From positions 63,860,001-63,924,000 of the forward strand of contig OX597833.1 of the NCBI GenBank assembly GCA_951406725.2: DNA of 64,000 bases, read 5' to 3'. This stretch comes from Octopus vulgaris (taxonomy: Eukaryota). The notes under the pieces are model-generated. The model made no database searches. It worked only from the letters and a program-made list of their open reading frames with translations, and had not been told where the DNA came from. A program made the translations under genes and the position numbers. Position 1 is the stretch's first letter, and every line of letters starts with the position of its first letter. Of this stretch, positions 27,440-43,341 are shown piece by piece.

Positions 27440-27803
27440 CTAACCAACCACATGGTTCTGGGTTCAGTCCCACTGCGTGGCATCTTGGGCAAGTGTCTTC
27501 TACTATAGCCCCGGGCCGACCAATGCCTTGTGAGTAGATTTGGTAGACGGAAACTGAAAGAAGCCTGTCGTATATCTGTATATATATATATGTGTATGTG
27601 TGCGTATGTGTTTGTGTGTCTGCGTTTGTCCCCCTAGTATTGCTTGACAACCGATGCTGGTGTGTTTACGTCCCCGTAACTTAGCGGTTCGGCCAAAGAC
27701 CGATAGAATAAGAACTGAGCTTACAAAGAATAAGTCCCGGGGGTCGAGTTGCTCGACTAAAGGCGGTGCTCCAGCATGGCAGCAGTCAAGAGGGTAAAAG
27801 AGA
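27439..27803 (+). mobile_element. SINE A fused head-to-head with SINE D
   Basis: Begins GCTAACCAACCACATGG immediately after the SINE D head. Confidence 0.85.
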
Positions 27804-28453
27804 GATGTGTGTGAGTGTGTGTGTTTATGTATGTATTTTTGTATGTATGACGAGTTTTTTTCAGTTTCTGTCTACCAGATCCGTGCCATAGTAAAATACG
27901 CCCGCTCAAGCTGCCAAGAGATGGGACTGAACTCGTACCAATATGGCTGGGAAGCAAGCCTCTTACCACACAACCAGGTCTTCGGCACAAAACCTTAGCA
28001 CGAGTGCGTGCTTATATATAATATATATAAAATATACACATCGCTACATAGATTCATGTAAACCTATTCACGTGTTAGTCCTGTGATTCGTAAGCTATTT
28101 ATTGGTAACGTGTGGTGGTTGGATTTTTTTTTCTCTCATTATTATGTCTCATCTTGTTGCAAAGCAATTCTGCAACAATTATATCTCAGATTTTCCTCTC
28201 TGCATCTCTTTTCTTCTTTTGGTATTTTGTGCTGCACAATAGGAAAAAGTCGTCTTTAAAACCGATTAATATTCCTTCATTGAGCAACTATTTTTACACT
28301 TGTAAATCACAAGATAACATCCGATTTTTCCGGCTCCGATGCGATCGACTCAATAAAACTATTATTATAATAATTATTATCATTGCTATTATCATTATGT
28401 TTTATAATATATATATGTATGTATATATATATATGTGTGTGTGTATGTATCTA

Positions 28454-28604
<151 letters not shown>

Positions 28605-29061
28605 GTATATAAGATTTATTTTTGAGAAAATTTCAAAATGGATAATTGAAATGAAATGTGAAATAAATAATTATGAAATGAATTAAAATAAAATAATTAC
28701 ATTGGATTTTGGAATTTTCTATTCACTGGTAATATATTAAAAAGTATCATTTTTTAAAAATTAGGTATCTGATTGGAGTTAAATTGTTCACCAGTAACCA
28801 GAGGCTAGAATATATATTAATGTGTATATGTATGCATATATATATAAACCTAAATATATATATATATCTGCATTTATCTGTATCTGTCTATCTGATAGTT
28901 TGTCTATTTGTCTATCTGCAAACACACACTTATACACGAACGCACGCGTATACACAAACACAAACACACATATATACATATATTATATATACATACATAT
29001 ACTTATACATATATAGATTATATAAATCATACACACACATATATACACATAAACATACAAC

Positions 29062-29109
<48 letters not shown>

Positions 29110-29190
29110 TAGATACATAAAAAGATAAATAGAAAGGTACTTAGATTGATACCTTAGATAGATAGACAGATAGGCAGATAGACATATATA

Positions 29191-29257
<67 letters not shown>

Positions 29258-29487
29258 CTTTAGGTAAATATATTCAATAAGAATATTATATACTGAATTT
29301 ATATTGAGTGCTCCATTGTATAAAAATATTAATACTATTAAAGTATTTATATATTTAATACGAGCGATATATACATGTATTTTTTAATAATATATTATTA
29401 GTATTAATAAAGTAAATTACTATCCGAACTCATGATAACGATATACCCGTGAGAAAGACATTATTGTATTAAAATATGTATAAATAA

Positions 29488-29518
<31 letters not shown>

Positions 29519-29591
29519 ATAAATATTAGGGAATGAATCCAAAATTACAGGGAAAAATCAGATTTAGGGTTAAATCCAATTTTATAGTAAA

Positions 29592-29672
29592 ATATTATAT
29601 AATATAATTCGATACAAAACCACTATTTGATTTTAAAATAGTGGTTTTGTCTCGAATTATATTATATAATAT
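29592..29672. repeat. 37-bp inverted repeat with a 7-bp spacer
   Basis: ATATTATATAATATAATTCGATACAAAACCACTATTT / AAATAGTGGTTTTGTCTCGAATTATATTATATAATAT, one mismatch. Confidence 0.85.
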
Positions 29673-29866
29673 ATATATATATATAGATAGATAGATACGT
29701 TTGTACGAACGTTTGTATGATGCAGTTATAACATTTTTTCTCTGTGCACATTTCACCATTTTGTTTTATAAGCATTCTCTGCTGAGGTAAAACAGAAATA
29801 ACATAAACTCCAGTTTGTGTTTCGAAGGGGGAAAATCGCTCCCGTGTGTGAATTTGCTTTTTGTGG

Positions 29867-30181
29867 GTAAATTAACATGCAAGTAACGGAGCACTCCCAC
29901 AGACACATGTACTCTTTACGTAGTTCTCGGGGAGATCCAGCGTGACACAGAGTGTGACAAGGCTGGCTCCTTCGAAATACAGGTAAGCAGAAACAGGAAA
30001 AAAGAGTGAGAGAAAGCTGTGGTGGAAGAATGCAGCAGGGTTCCCCACCACACTCTGCTGGGGCCTCGTGGAGCTTTAGGTGTTTTCGCCCAATAAACAC
30101 TCACAACGCCCGGTTTGGGAATCGAAACCGCGATCGTATGACCGCGTGTCCGCTGCCCTAATCACTGGGCCATTGTGCCTA
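29867..30181 (-). mobile_element. SINE C, 3'-truncated
   Basis: Reverse complement of the head and body of 34260-34646. Confidence 0.85.
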
Positions 30182-30206
30182 CACATACACACACAGATAT
30201 ATGTAT

Positions 30207-30240
<34 letters not shown>

Positions 30241-30549
30241 GTGTGTGTGTGTGTATGTATATATATGTGTGCATGTATGTATGTATGTATGTATGTAATG
30301 TTTTGCCGGCCTTGTGCCAAAATTTGAAGCCATTATCATTATTATTAAATTAATTAATTATTTAATGAGGCAATTTTATTGGTATTACGTTCGGCGCTGT
30401 GGTATTTCACCTTGACATTTAGTCTCCTGAGATCGGTAAAATGAATTTTAGTTGAGCTCTTGTGCCAACTAACCATTATGGACAGTTTTTTGTTGATATT
30501 GTTATATTGACAGGATCATACGATGACAGCAATACAACGGGATATAAGA

Positions 30550-30625
<76 letters not shown>

Positions 30626-31009
30626 TTGAAAGATAGACTACTTCAGATAACAAAAAGAAAAATTAAAGTAACATAACATATCGCAAAAGTGCATAAAAAA
30701 AATAAATAGAACATGCAAAAAAAAAAAAAGAAAATCAAGCAATGAAAAGAAACCAAACTAACACAAATAATAATAATAATAATGATGATAAAAAATCGGC
30801 GAGAAAATTGTATGTAACCGGTGCTTTCGAACGGAAAATCTGTTGTGATATTTCTTCTGCCCGAGTTAAACAGACGATCGGTTGCGTATCCTCATCGTCA
30901 GATATGATGCAACGAAGCAGTCAGTGATTGACATGTTACAAAACCGAGACTAACAACGCTGACAAGGGCGAAAAAACTAAAAAAAAAACTAGAAAAAATA
31001 AAATAGAGG

Positions 31010-31490
<481 letters not shown>

Positions 31491-32111
31491 GTGAGAAAAT
31501 CACGTCAGCAGCATCTAAAGTTTGTTGTGTTGTAATTACGGCATTACAACTCCGTCCCAGAACGAATCTCGCCTCACCCGCCATTTCTCTCAGCTTTTAA
31601 CATTTTACATATATTGACTGAGTATTTGTTTAGTGGGAAAGGTCGACACTAAATGATTGTTAGTTCTCTGACATTGGGAAGATAGAGCCTGGCTTAATCA
31701 CACAGGAAGTTTACTTACTTAACCGAAGCTGAACTATACCTCGCTCGACATGCTATAAATAGCAACCAAACGTCCCTCAATGACTGTTAGATCTTTGTCA
31801 GCAGTAATGAAGCTACAAGAAATAGAGGCTAAATTTTCCACAAAGGCAGCGAAATATTCCTCAATAACAACCAGTTCTTGGAAAATAGTAGTAAAACAAA
31901 CGATCATAGCAGCCAAATGTTCCTCAATAACAAACAAATGTTCATTAATGACCAGAAAAAGCAGCCGATATTATAAATCAATATAATTAAATGCGCCCTT
32001 TTAAAGCCTAGCCAGGGTCATGGGCCCTGTTTCCCGCTAGGTTACGGCGGCAGAAACACACCAACATCGGTTGTCAAACGATGGTGGGGTAACAAACACT
32101 CACACACAAAC

Positions 32112-32154
<43 letters not shown>

Positions 32155-32203
32155 GTGAATTGAAGAAATGGAGCTGAACGCAGATTGAACAGAAATCGTT
32201 TTA

Positions 32204-32292
32204 TTTCATTCTACACGTGTTTCGAAAGGCACAATTTACCAAAATCCGATTGAATAATGGGACCATATTGTGTCTTTCTCTTCAGTAAGAAA
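32204..32292 (-). ncRNA. Inverted copy of the hammerhead, stem I closing pair mutated
   Basis: Reverse complement of 32703-32791 except at 32286, giving TTA-CTGAAGA instead of TTC-CTGAAGA. Confidence 0.7.
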
Positions 32293-32702
32293 ATAGGAAA
32301 TCCGTTGGAAAAAACAAAAACAGAACAGAGGCGGAGCAAAAACAAATCGAACTAGGCTCCTAAGAGCCCATGGCGAAACTGTTTATCAGTGTATGTTGAG
32401 AACCGGTGGCTGAAGAATTTAACGGGTCAGGCATCGGTCAATCATGTGGGTGAGGGTGTATAGATGTTCTTTGTGACCGAGAATAAAGTTCTGACTATTT
32501 AAGGAATATTGGATGTTTTATAAGGGGCGAGCTATACACCCTCACCCACATGATTGACCGATGCCTGACCCGTTAAATTCTTCAGCCACCGGTTCTCAAC
32601 ATACACTGATAAACAGTTTCGCCATGGGCTCTTAGGAGCCTAGTTCGATTTGTTTTTGCTCCGCCTCTGTTCTGTTTTTGTTTTTTCCAACGGATTTCCT
32701 AT

Positions 32703-32791
32703 TTTCTTCCTGAAGAGAAAGACACAATATGGTCCCATTATTCAATCGGATTTTGGTAAATTGTGCCTTTCGAAACACGTGTAGAATGAAA
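32703..32791 (+). ncRNA. Minimal type I hammerhead ribozyme, intact core
   Basis: TTC-CTGAAGA(32710-32716)-GAAAGACACAAT...ATTGTGCCTTTC-GAAAC-ACGT-GTA|GAA. Stem II pairs 11 of 12; predicted cleavage after 32783. Confidence 0.8.
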
Positions 32792-32999
32792 TAAAACGAT
32801 TTCTGTTCAATCTGCGTTCAGCTCCATTTCTTCAATTCACCAATAATATTTTAATTTCAATTATCCGCACCAACGAACGGTTGCAACACCATATGGTTGT
32901 ACCTCCAACCGTGCTGTTTACTGCTGTGATTTTTGCTACTAAGGTATCGGTTAAACTTTTGATTAATCTACTACAAGATTATTCATCTTTCTATTTCAC

Positions 33000-33048
<49 letters not shown>

Positions 33049-33194
33049 ATATACATATATACGACTAGTTTCTTTCACTTTCCGTCTACCAAATCCACTC
33101 ACAAGGCTTTGTGGGACTGAACCTGAAACCATGTGGTTGGGAAGCAAGCTTCTTACCACACAGCCACGTCTCTCTCTCTCTTTCTTTCTCTCCC

Positions 33195-33256
<62 letters not shown>

Positions 33257-33410
33257 CTTTTATGAGCATATATGTGAGCGTATATAACATATACATGCGC
33301 ATATTCATATATATATATATATACACACATATATTTGTATATACAAACATGTATACATATATAGTATATATCTATACATACATATATATGTGTGTGTATA
33401 TACATATATA

Positions 33411-33455
<45 letters not shown>

Positions 33456-33559
33456 ATGTGCATGTATATATATGCGTATGTTTTCCTGTGCTTGTGTGTA
33501 CAATGTATATATATATAATGTATATATATATATATGTTCATATACATATACATACATGC

Positions 33560-33591
<32 letters not shown>

Positions 33592-34259
33592 TTATATGCA
33601 TGCATATATATCCGGGTTCGTATATAGATGAATACACACACATATATAATTACATATTTATATATATATACATCCACGGACACAAACTCGCACACATATA
33701 TATGTATGCACACACACACACACACAGAAACGCGCTTATACAATCATCGGCAGACTAACAAACTATTGAGACATTAAACAACAACAAAAAAACAACAACC
33801 ACATTTACTAATCCTCTCCAAAAAACAAAGAAATGACTCGGAATGATGCTCTGTCTCGCCATATTTCCTTGTTTGTCCAATCTTTTTACGAAACAGCTAA
33901 ATTCGCACTTATCTCCAAATTGAATAATACAAACTTTAATTAATCTGCGTCCACTTGATAGGATATATTTAATTAAACAATAGCCAGCGTTCTTTATTTC
34001 TAAGTGATGTCAAGTGTTTTACTGATGATCGTTTGTGGTAGAGAAACGATGAGTCTTAAACTACTTGTAGCAGTATCATTAAAAAAAAAGCACTTATTCA
34101 CAGAATGACACATGAATGCTCACATACGCATATACATGCTACATATCGATACATACATCCACATACAGAGATATATTAACATCCATATAAACGCACACAC
34201 ACACACACACACACATACTTACATACTTACATACTTGCATGTGTACGTATATAAATACA

Positions 34260-34646
34260 GTGGAGGCGCAATGGCCCAGTGGTTAGGGCAGCGGACTCGC
34301 GGTCGTAGGATAGCGGTTTCGATTCCCAGACCGGGCGTTGTGAGTGTTTATTGAGCGAAAACACCTAAAGCTTCACGAGTCTCCGGCAGGGGATGGTGGT
34401 GATCCCTGCTGTACTCTTTCACCACAACTTTCTCTCACTCTTACTTCCTGTTTCTGTTGTACCTGTATTTCAAAGGGCCGGCCTTGTCACTCTCTATGTC
34501 ACGCTGAATATCCCCGAGAACTACGTTAAGAGTACACGTGTCTGTGGAGTGCTCGGCCACTTACACGTTAATTTCACGAGCAGACTGTTCCGTTGATCGG
34601 ATCAACCGGAACCCTCGTCGTCGGAACCGACGGAGTGCTTCCATCC
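34260..34646 (+). mobile_element. SINE C, full length, 11-bp TSD
   Basis: A box TGGCCCAGTGG, B box GTTTCGATTCC; ATATAAATACA at 34249-34259 and 34647-34657. Confidence 0.92.
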
Positions 34647-34663
34647 ATATAAATACAACATAT

Positions 34664-34885
34664 TGGCAGAAACGTTAGCACGCCGGGCGAAATGCGTAGC
34701 CGTATTTCGTCTGCCGTTACGTTCTCAGTTCAAATTCCGCCGAGGTCGACCTTGCCTTTCATCCTTTCGGGGTCGATAACTAAAAGTACCAGTAACGCAC
34801 TAGGATCGATGTAATCGACTTAATCCGTTTGTCTATCCTTGTTTGTCCCCTCTGTGTTTAACCCCTTGTGGGTAGTAAAGAAATA
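34664..34885 (+). mobile_element. SINE B monomer
   Basis: TGGCAGAAACGTTAGCACG...GGGTAGTAAAGAAATA. Confidence 0.9.
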
Positions 34886-35466
34886 TATATATACATACAT
34901 ATATATATCTTTTGTAAACATGAGTAACTCCCCCACACACGCACACTATTTCTTTCTCTCTCTCTCTCACAGTTTCTCCCCCTCTCTCCCTTTTTGCTCT
35001 CTCTCTCTCATGCAAACATATATGTATGTATATTAATGTTTGCTTTTATAATAAAAAAAATTAACATTGAATTAAATGATTACTCTATACAGCTGGTAGA
35101 GTACAGATTTATTTTACTTTAGGAAGATTAGAATTGTCAGTGACTGCGAAGGTATTTATGTATATATGTATTTACGTATGCATATAAGTATGCATGATTG
35201 TATGTATGTATATACGTATGTATGTATGCATGTATGCATTTATATATATTTATGCATGTATGTATACATGTATGTATGTATGCGTGTATATATGTATGCA
35301 TGTATGTATGTATATCATAAGAATTTAGAATCTTCGAGAGGTGTGAAGTCTGTGGCACTTTCTGCAAGTGACTCCTTTTATAGCCTCAGGCCGACCAGCG
35401 GATTGTAAGCGGATCGGTTAAATGACAGCTGAAAGCTACCGGTCGTGTATATATACATATATATAC

Positions 35467-35880
35467 AGGCGCAGGAATGGCTGTGTGGTAAGTAGCTTGC
35501 TAACCAACCACATGGTTCCGGGTTCAGTCCCACTGTGTGGCATCTTGGGCAAGTGTCTTCTGCTATAGCCCCGGGCCGACCGATGCCTTGTGAGTGGATT
35601 TGGTAGACGGAACTGAAAGAAGCCTGTCGTATATATGTATATAGATATGTGTGTGTGTGTGTTTGTGTGTCTGTGTTTGTCCCCCTAGCATTGCTTGACA
35701 ACCGATGCTGGTGTGTTTATGTCCCCGTCACTTAGCGGATCGGCAAAAGAGACCGATAGAATAAGTACTGGGCTTACAAAGAATAAGTCCCGGGGTCGAT
35801 TTGCTCGACTAAAAGGCGGTGCTCCAGCATGGCCGCAGTCGAATGACTGAAACAAGTAAAAGAGAGTAAAAGAGTAAGAG
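35467..35880 (+). mobile_element. SINE A, full length
   Basis: Head to tail, inserted in a TA tract. Confidence 0.9.
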
Positions 35881-35985
35881 TATATATATATATATACATA
35901 TATACATATATATACATATAATCGGTTAACCCCGAATCAACCCGGGACCTACATATATATACATATATATATATATATATTTATA

Positions 35986-36048
<63 letters not shown>

Positions 36049-36060
36049 TATATATTTATA

Positions 36061-36096
<36 letters not shown>

Positions 36097-36914
36097 GATA
36101 TATACATACATACACACACACACGCTCACCCATACACAAACACACACACACACACATATGTATGTGTGCGTGTGGTTGCGTGCGCGTGTGACTGTTAGCG
36201 CAACCGTACTGTTCCAGTGAAGCGGAAACGCAACACAAAATGAATATCCGGTTCAGACGTAATGCCAACCCAAGTCCGCAATTATGAAACATATCCATGG
36301 CTATAACCGCCTCTTCCCCCACCCACAGTATCTCTCTTATTACAGAACGCCTCGGTATCAGTTTATTAAGAAACCAGTGTCTAGGCCTGAACACAAAGAC
36401 TTATTTCTTTCAGAACAATCAGCCCGCAATGAAGTCACACTTCAAATGCTTCAGTCGTGAAAAAATTACTGGGAAATGACATTTCGCAGATATGTTGCCA
36501 TATATTGGATTATTATAGACTGTCTTTCTACCGAGTCACTTCCGTTTATATTGTAGTTTGAGAAGTAAATAATTAAAATACGGTGACACCCGACCGAACT
36601 CACAGTGTTTATAGCCGGCCTATAAATATTAGCCAACCATCGAGCGTCATTCGGTGTGTATTAGTTTATTACATTGAATAAAACATACCGGAATTGAGGA
36701 AATACAATAAAAGTCGGGAAACAAGAGATAAAGAAAATGAAGAAACGGAAGAGATTAATTGGACATTGTATGAAGCGATATAGAGGGATTAGGAAATGGG
36801 TAATGGTGGAAAGTAGATATAGATGTTATTATCAGTTCAAATCACACCGGTGTTTAGAAAGCTAACTTTTATTTTAGGGGTGGACATGTAATCAATTAGA
36901 ATGACACCAACACG

Positions 36915-37447
36915 CAACTGGTACTTAATTTATCGACCCCGAAAGAATGAAAGTCAATATCGACCTCGGTGGAATTTGAACTCCGAACGAAAAGACAGAC
37001 GGAATACCGCTAAGCATTTTGCCGGCGTGCTAACGTTTCTTATTTCTTTATTGCCCACAAGGTACTAAACATAGAGGGGACAAGCAAGGACAGACAAACG
37101 GATTAAGTCGATTACAGCGACCCCAGTACGTAACTGGTACTTAATTTATCGACCCCGAAAGGATGAAAGACAAAGTCGACCTCGGCGGAATTTGAACTCA
37201 GAACGTAGCGGGAGACGAAATACCTATTTCTTTACTACCCACAAGGGCCTAAACACAGAGAGGACAAACAAGGAAAGACAAAGGGATTGAGTCGGTTATA
37301 TCGACACCAGTGCGTAACTGGTACTTAATTTATCGACCCCGAAAGGATGAAAGGCAAAGACGACGTCGGCGGAATTTGAACTCAGAACGTAGACGGATGA
37401 AACACTATTAAGCATTTTACCCGACCTGATGACGTTTCTGCCAGCTC
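36915..37447 (-). mobile_element. SINE B multimer (three units)
   Basis: Junctions at 37040/37041 and 37223/37224. Confidence 0.85.
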
Positions 37448-38254
37448 GTGTGTATATTATTCTGACCTAACTGTGTACTTCAGTTTAGTGTAAATATGTA
37501 TTCATGAATACATACATACATATAAAAAATGTATTCAACAAATGCAAGGGAAAGCAGGCTTTAATTCAAAAATCAACATTTGTTTCTGTACCGTGGCGCC
37601 ATCTTTGTGTTGCTGAGTGTTCATTGTCGTAACGTTACCTAAGGTTATTTTATAATTACATTACTACGTAAATATATACATGCATATCTATGCACGTACG
37701 TACGTATGTGTGTACGTATGTATGCATGTATGTATGTATGTATGTATGTAATTATGTATGTATGTATGTATGTATGTATGTATGTATGTATGTATGAAGC
37801 TGTTTTCACAGATATACTGCGTTCAAAAAATTTACTATGCCAGTAATATCGGTGCAGTCGAAACCAACTAAGTTTGTTCAATCATAAGACCATTACATGT
37901 AAACCGCAAGCTAATTGGTTAAAATAAAGGCAGAATCTATGCCAGTAATGTCGGTGCAGTAATGCTAATTGGTCAAAGCTGTATTCGAAAAATCCAGCTT
38001 GTTGGAGCCTTGTAAAAGGTATATAAAAAAAGGAAGGACACAGTCATTTTACTACTGTTGTCAAGGACTCAGCTGTCAGTTAAATACATTTTGAAATCTG
38101 ATGATTACTACGAACGTATGAAAGCGCTTAATTGAACTTTATGGATATTACAAAATATTCTTTTAATGTTTAACACACTTCAACATTGTAAAAAACATAT
38201 TTTAAACACAATGATAAAAAGCGTGAAACCAGACAATGTTGAAACTTTATTCAA

Positions 38255-38328
<74 letters not shown>

Positions 38329-38404
38329 CACTAACACACCCAGACCTCCTTGTGTAATTTCATTGTAATTCGTGTCTTTGATGTTAATAAAGGAAGGGTT
38401 ACTA

Positions 38405-39130
<726 letters not shown>

Positions 39131-39479
39131 ATCTGGAAACCTCAACAATAACAACAAATAAAGCAAGATAAAAGGACGGCCATAATAGGCGAATAAACAG
39201 AGTTGGGTCACGGTAAATTAAACAGAAAAACAGATTTTTGTTATCAAACACCATAAAATTGATTCAGTACTGAATTGTGGAATAAAAGATGTGTATAAAA
39301 TAATTTATTACTAATTCCCCCCCCCCCCCCCTGGAAATTACATAAAAAATACCTGAAGAAAAAGTACACACAGACAGACACACCCACACATATGCACGTA
39401 TACGCATGTACACACTGTCGGTTATATACGTACATGTAGAAATACATATACGTTCATAGTGTAAGGGATAGAGAGAGGG

Positions 39480-39486
39480 AGAGAAG

Positions 39487-39518
<32 letters not shown>

Positions 39519-39623
39519 TAGTGACAGAGAGAGAGAGAGAAAGAGAGAGATAGTGACAGAGAGAGAGAGAGAAAGAGAGAGATAGTGACAGAGAGAGAGA
39601 GAGAGAGATAAACAGACAGTGAC

Positions 39624-39655
<32 letters not shown>

Positions 39656-39840
39656 TGACAGAGAGAGAGAGAGAGAGACAGTGACAGAGAGAGAGAGAGA
39701 TAGACAGACAGTGACAGAGAGAGAGAGAGAGAGACAGACAGTGACAGAGAGAGAGAGAGACAGACAGTGGCAGAGAGAGAGAGAGAGAGAGACAGAGACA
39801 GACAGTGACAGAGAGAGAGAGAGACAGTGAAAGAGAGAGA
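39480..39840 (+). repeat. Minisatellite built from (GA)n interrupted by CAGTGACA/TAGTGACA
   Basis: About a dozen units of variable length. Confidence 0.85.
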
Positions 39841-40260
39841 AACACATATATGTGTGTATCAGACGTATACCTATACACAGAAAGAGAGAGAGAGAAAGAA
39901 AGAGAGAGGGAGGAAGGGAGAGAAAGAGGGAGTAAAACGCATACACATACAAACAAGCACGCGTAACGTGTGTGTGTGTGTGTGTGTGTGTGTATTGTAC
40001 ATGCACTCATACAGAGAGAGAGAGAGAGAGAGAGACAGAAAGAAAGTAAGAGAGACAAGAAGAAAAAGAGAGGTCGGGAGAGAGAATGGTAGAAAGAGAG
40101 TAAAAGAGAGAAGAAGAAAAGGAGAGGGAGAGAGAAAGAGATAAATAAACAGATGTAAACAGTCATAAACACGTGTATTTATGTGTAGAAATGTATAAGG
40201 CAAAGAGACCGGGGGAGAGACAACTACGTGTTTATATATGTTCATAGACGCGCATACACA

Positions 40261-40300
<40 letters not shown>

Positions 40301-40572
40301 TATATATATTTGCATATATATATGTATACGTATGTATATATATATACATATGTACGTATACATATGTATGCATATATATATATATATATATATTTAAATA
40401 TATATATATATATGTATGTATATATATATGTATATAATATAAATAGACATATATATATGCATACATATGTATATGTACATATATTTATATATATATGTGC
40501 ATATGTATGTGTATATATATACATGTATATAAACAAACCCATATATATACATATACATACATACATATATAT

Positions 40573-40620
<48 letters not shown>

Positions 40621-40654
40621 TATGATTATATACACATATGCGTATGCAGACAGG

Positions 40655-40685
<31 letters not shown>

Positions 40686-41002
40686 GAACATATCCTCGTA
40701 GATGCACCACGCGTATTCGTGAAAAACAGAAAGGAACAAGAAAAGATAAATTAATATTAATAACAGTAAATGTGATAAAATTGGTTACTGCAGAAATGTG
40801 TTGTCAGTAAATAAAACTAAAAGAATGCAAAACTTGGAGGAGCATCAAAAGCTGAAGCATAAAACGAGGGAAAAGGGAAAAGAAAAAGGACAAAAGAGAA
40901 TGTTTTCCCTTCATCGCACCGAAACTGGAAAAATATAAATTAAGCGGACATTTATAAACGCACACAAACTAATATATACAGACACACGCATCTCACTCAT
41001 AG

Positions 41003-41096
<94 letters not shown>

Positions 41097-41121
41097 GTCT
41101 GTCTATCTATCTATCTATCTA

Positions 41122-41156
<35 letters not shown>

Positions 41157-41415
41157 GACAATCTATCTCTTTCTATCTCTCTCTCTCTCTCTCTCTCTCA
41201 CTCTATTTATTTGCCTATGTATCTGTGTGTATGTGTATTTGTATGTATATTGTATGTATATTTGATGAGTTGCCCATTAAATACAACATACATACGTATA
41301 TATACACACACACACACACGCAGAAATATATTTATACACACACACACATATATATATATACACATACATGCATGCATACATATATATATACACAACTCTA
41401 CGCAAGTGTATGTGT

Positions 41416-41470
<55 letters not shown>

Positions 41471-41599
41471 CAGACACGTAGATACGTATGTGTGTATATA
41501 TATATATATATATGTATTTACATACATATATATATATATGTATATGCATATATGTACATATGCACTAGTTTTGAATACTTTAACGCATGTGTACAATTT

Positions 41600-42700
41600 T
41601 TGTTTCGTTCCGGTTAACCTTGATCGGAAACATTTAAACCGTGACCCTTCCATCTTCATTCTTTATTGCTGGCAAGTACATTACTTCTTGTGGATTTCCT
41701 GCAATAAAATGGTAATATCTGTAATTTCTGGGTCATTTACTTGTTATTTCTACCCGCTGGACCAATCACGTGAAGGTTCCTCTGCTGGATTACCATATTG
41801 CACATAGGAAACCTTATACCTGGTCAGTATGATATATTGTTCCTGTAGCTTTATGTATCAATTTCCGCTTGTCTTAATCCAATTTCTTAGATGAATTTGT
41901 TTGCTGCGGCGATAATTAATCTGCTACCGTATCTCAGGAGCGTTTTCTGTAATAGATTTATTACTGAGAAATTGTCACCATACAGTACATTGAACGACCA
42001 CAAAGATAACCTGTCAGCTAACTTCTAGGCTGTAATGTTTACGTTGATTAAATGACGTAATTGGCATAGTGAAGAACGAAATAAGCTGAGAGATTTAGAT
42101 ATGTATTTAACTACGCTTTGGCATCAATGGCCATCAAAAGTTGTCTTTCTTCTTTCGGGAAATCGACGGCTTAAGACATCGATAATACAAATTAGGAGTT
42201 AAAGATTTGTTAATTAATAAAGTAGCAGAAAATTAAGACAAATATTCCCCGATATCTGTTATTTTCTTATTTGATATCGAATTGTCCAACGCCAAGCATT
42301 TATCGATATAATAAAAATTCTTAAAGTTTCTAGAGAACGTAAAATATTTTTAACAGTGTATCCCGAAGCACATAAAGCTACAAATCATAGAATGTAAATA
42401 TAGGGATGAGAAGCCTTTTGGATTAAAAATTCTACGGAACATCTGGGTTCGTATCCCAAGCTTAGCGTTCGATTTGTTTTATCCATAAGGGCTTTTTTTA
42501 ATCCAGGTATTTATATATTATAAGTTGTGGATTTATAAACTTCGAGATGCAATCTTCCATAAACGAATTATACGAAGAACAAGTTTTTTGAAACGGGTGT
42601 AAAAGTCCATGTTTCATATTCAAATGAGAGAGAAGACTTCGAAGGGAGTTGTTTGATCAACTTCAGAAAACAAGCATATCTTTTAGATAATTTGTAAGGA
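41600..42700. pseudogene. Possible decayed PLE ORF: N-terminal-like part on -, GIY-YIG-like part on +
   Basis: Plus strand from 42503 reads PGIYIL, then SCG, TSRCNL and KRI across frameshifts. Minus strand reads ISFF/LCQLRHLI and LLRYGSRLIIAAA. Many stops. Confidence 0.35.
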
Positions 42701-42999
42701 AAAATTAGAAAACATCAACAACAACTACAACAACAACAACCCCGCCCCGAATTTTACGAAAGAACAGCATAAAATCAACATGGATTACATGAATTTGAGC
42801 ATTTTCTTCATTTCTTTTTTGGAATGATTTATCGTCTTGTTATGAATTAATTAAAGGAAAAGAAAAGATATGAAATGAAACTATTACACACACACACACA
42901 CACACTCACACATACACACACACACATATATATATACACATACATACATGCATATTTATATATATATATGCATACATATATATATATATATATATATTT

Positions 43000-43038
<39 letters not shown>

Positions 43039-43059
43039 TATATCTATATTTATACATAC

Positions 43060-43123
<64 letters not shown>

Positions 43124-43281
43124 GAATGTATATATTTATGTGTGTGCTTTTGCATGTATAACACTGTATAATATACAATATAAATACCAATAGAGTTGGC
43201 TTAAATAAACAATGTAGAAAATTAAACCATACATTTATAGACGCACAGAAGCATGCGCATGCTATCGTAAACACACACATC

Positions 43282-43341
<60 letters not shown>

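Larger units (their letters stand above)
32146..33002 (+). mobile_element. PLE-like terminal-repeat element with a 318-bp inverted duplication, inserted in (TA)n
   Basis: Arms 32146-32463 and 32532-32849, 68-bp spacer, one mismatch seen. Each arm has an HHR motif; a unique tail runs to ~33002; (TA)n on both sides. Confidence 0.75.

Noticed and set aside
31745-31975. ORFs with ordinary-looking composition on both strands
   Set aside because: The region is a degenerate repeat of an ATAGCAGCCAAAT..CCTCAATAAC motif rather than an exon.
34260-34335. tRNA genes at SINE heads (also 20089, 56866-56937, 57140-57215)
   Set aside because: A and B boxes are present but there is no full cloverleaf, and each continues into a SINE body.
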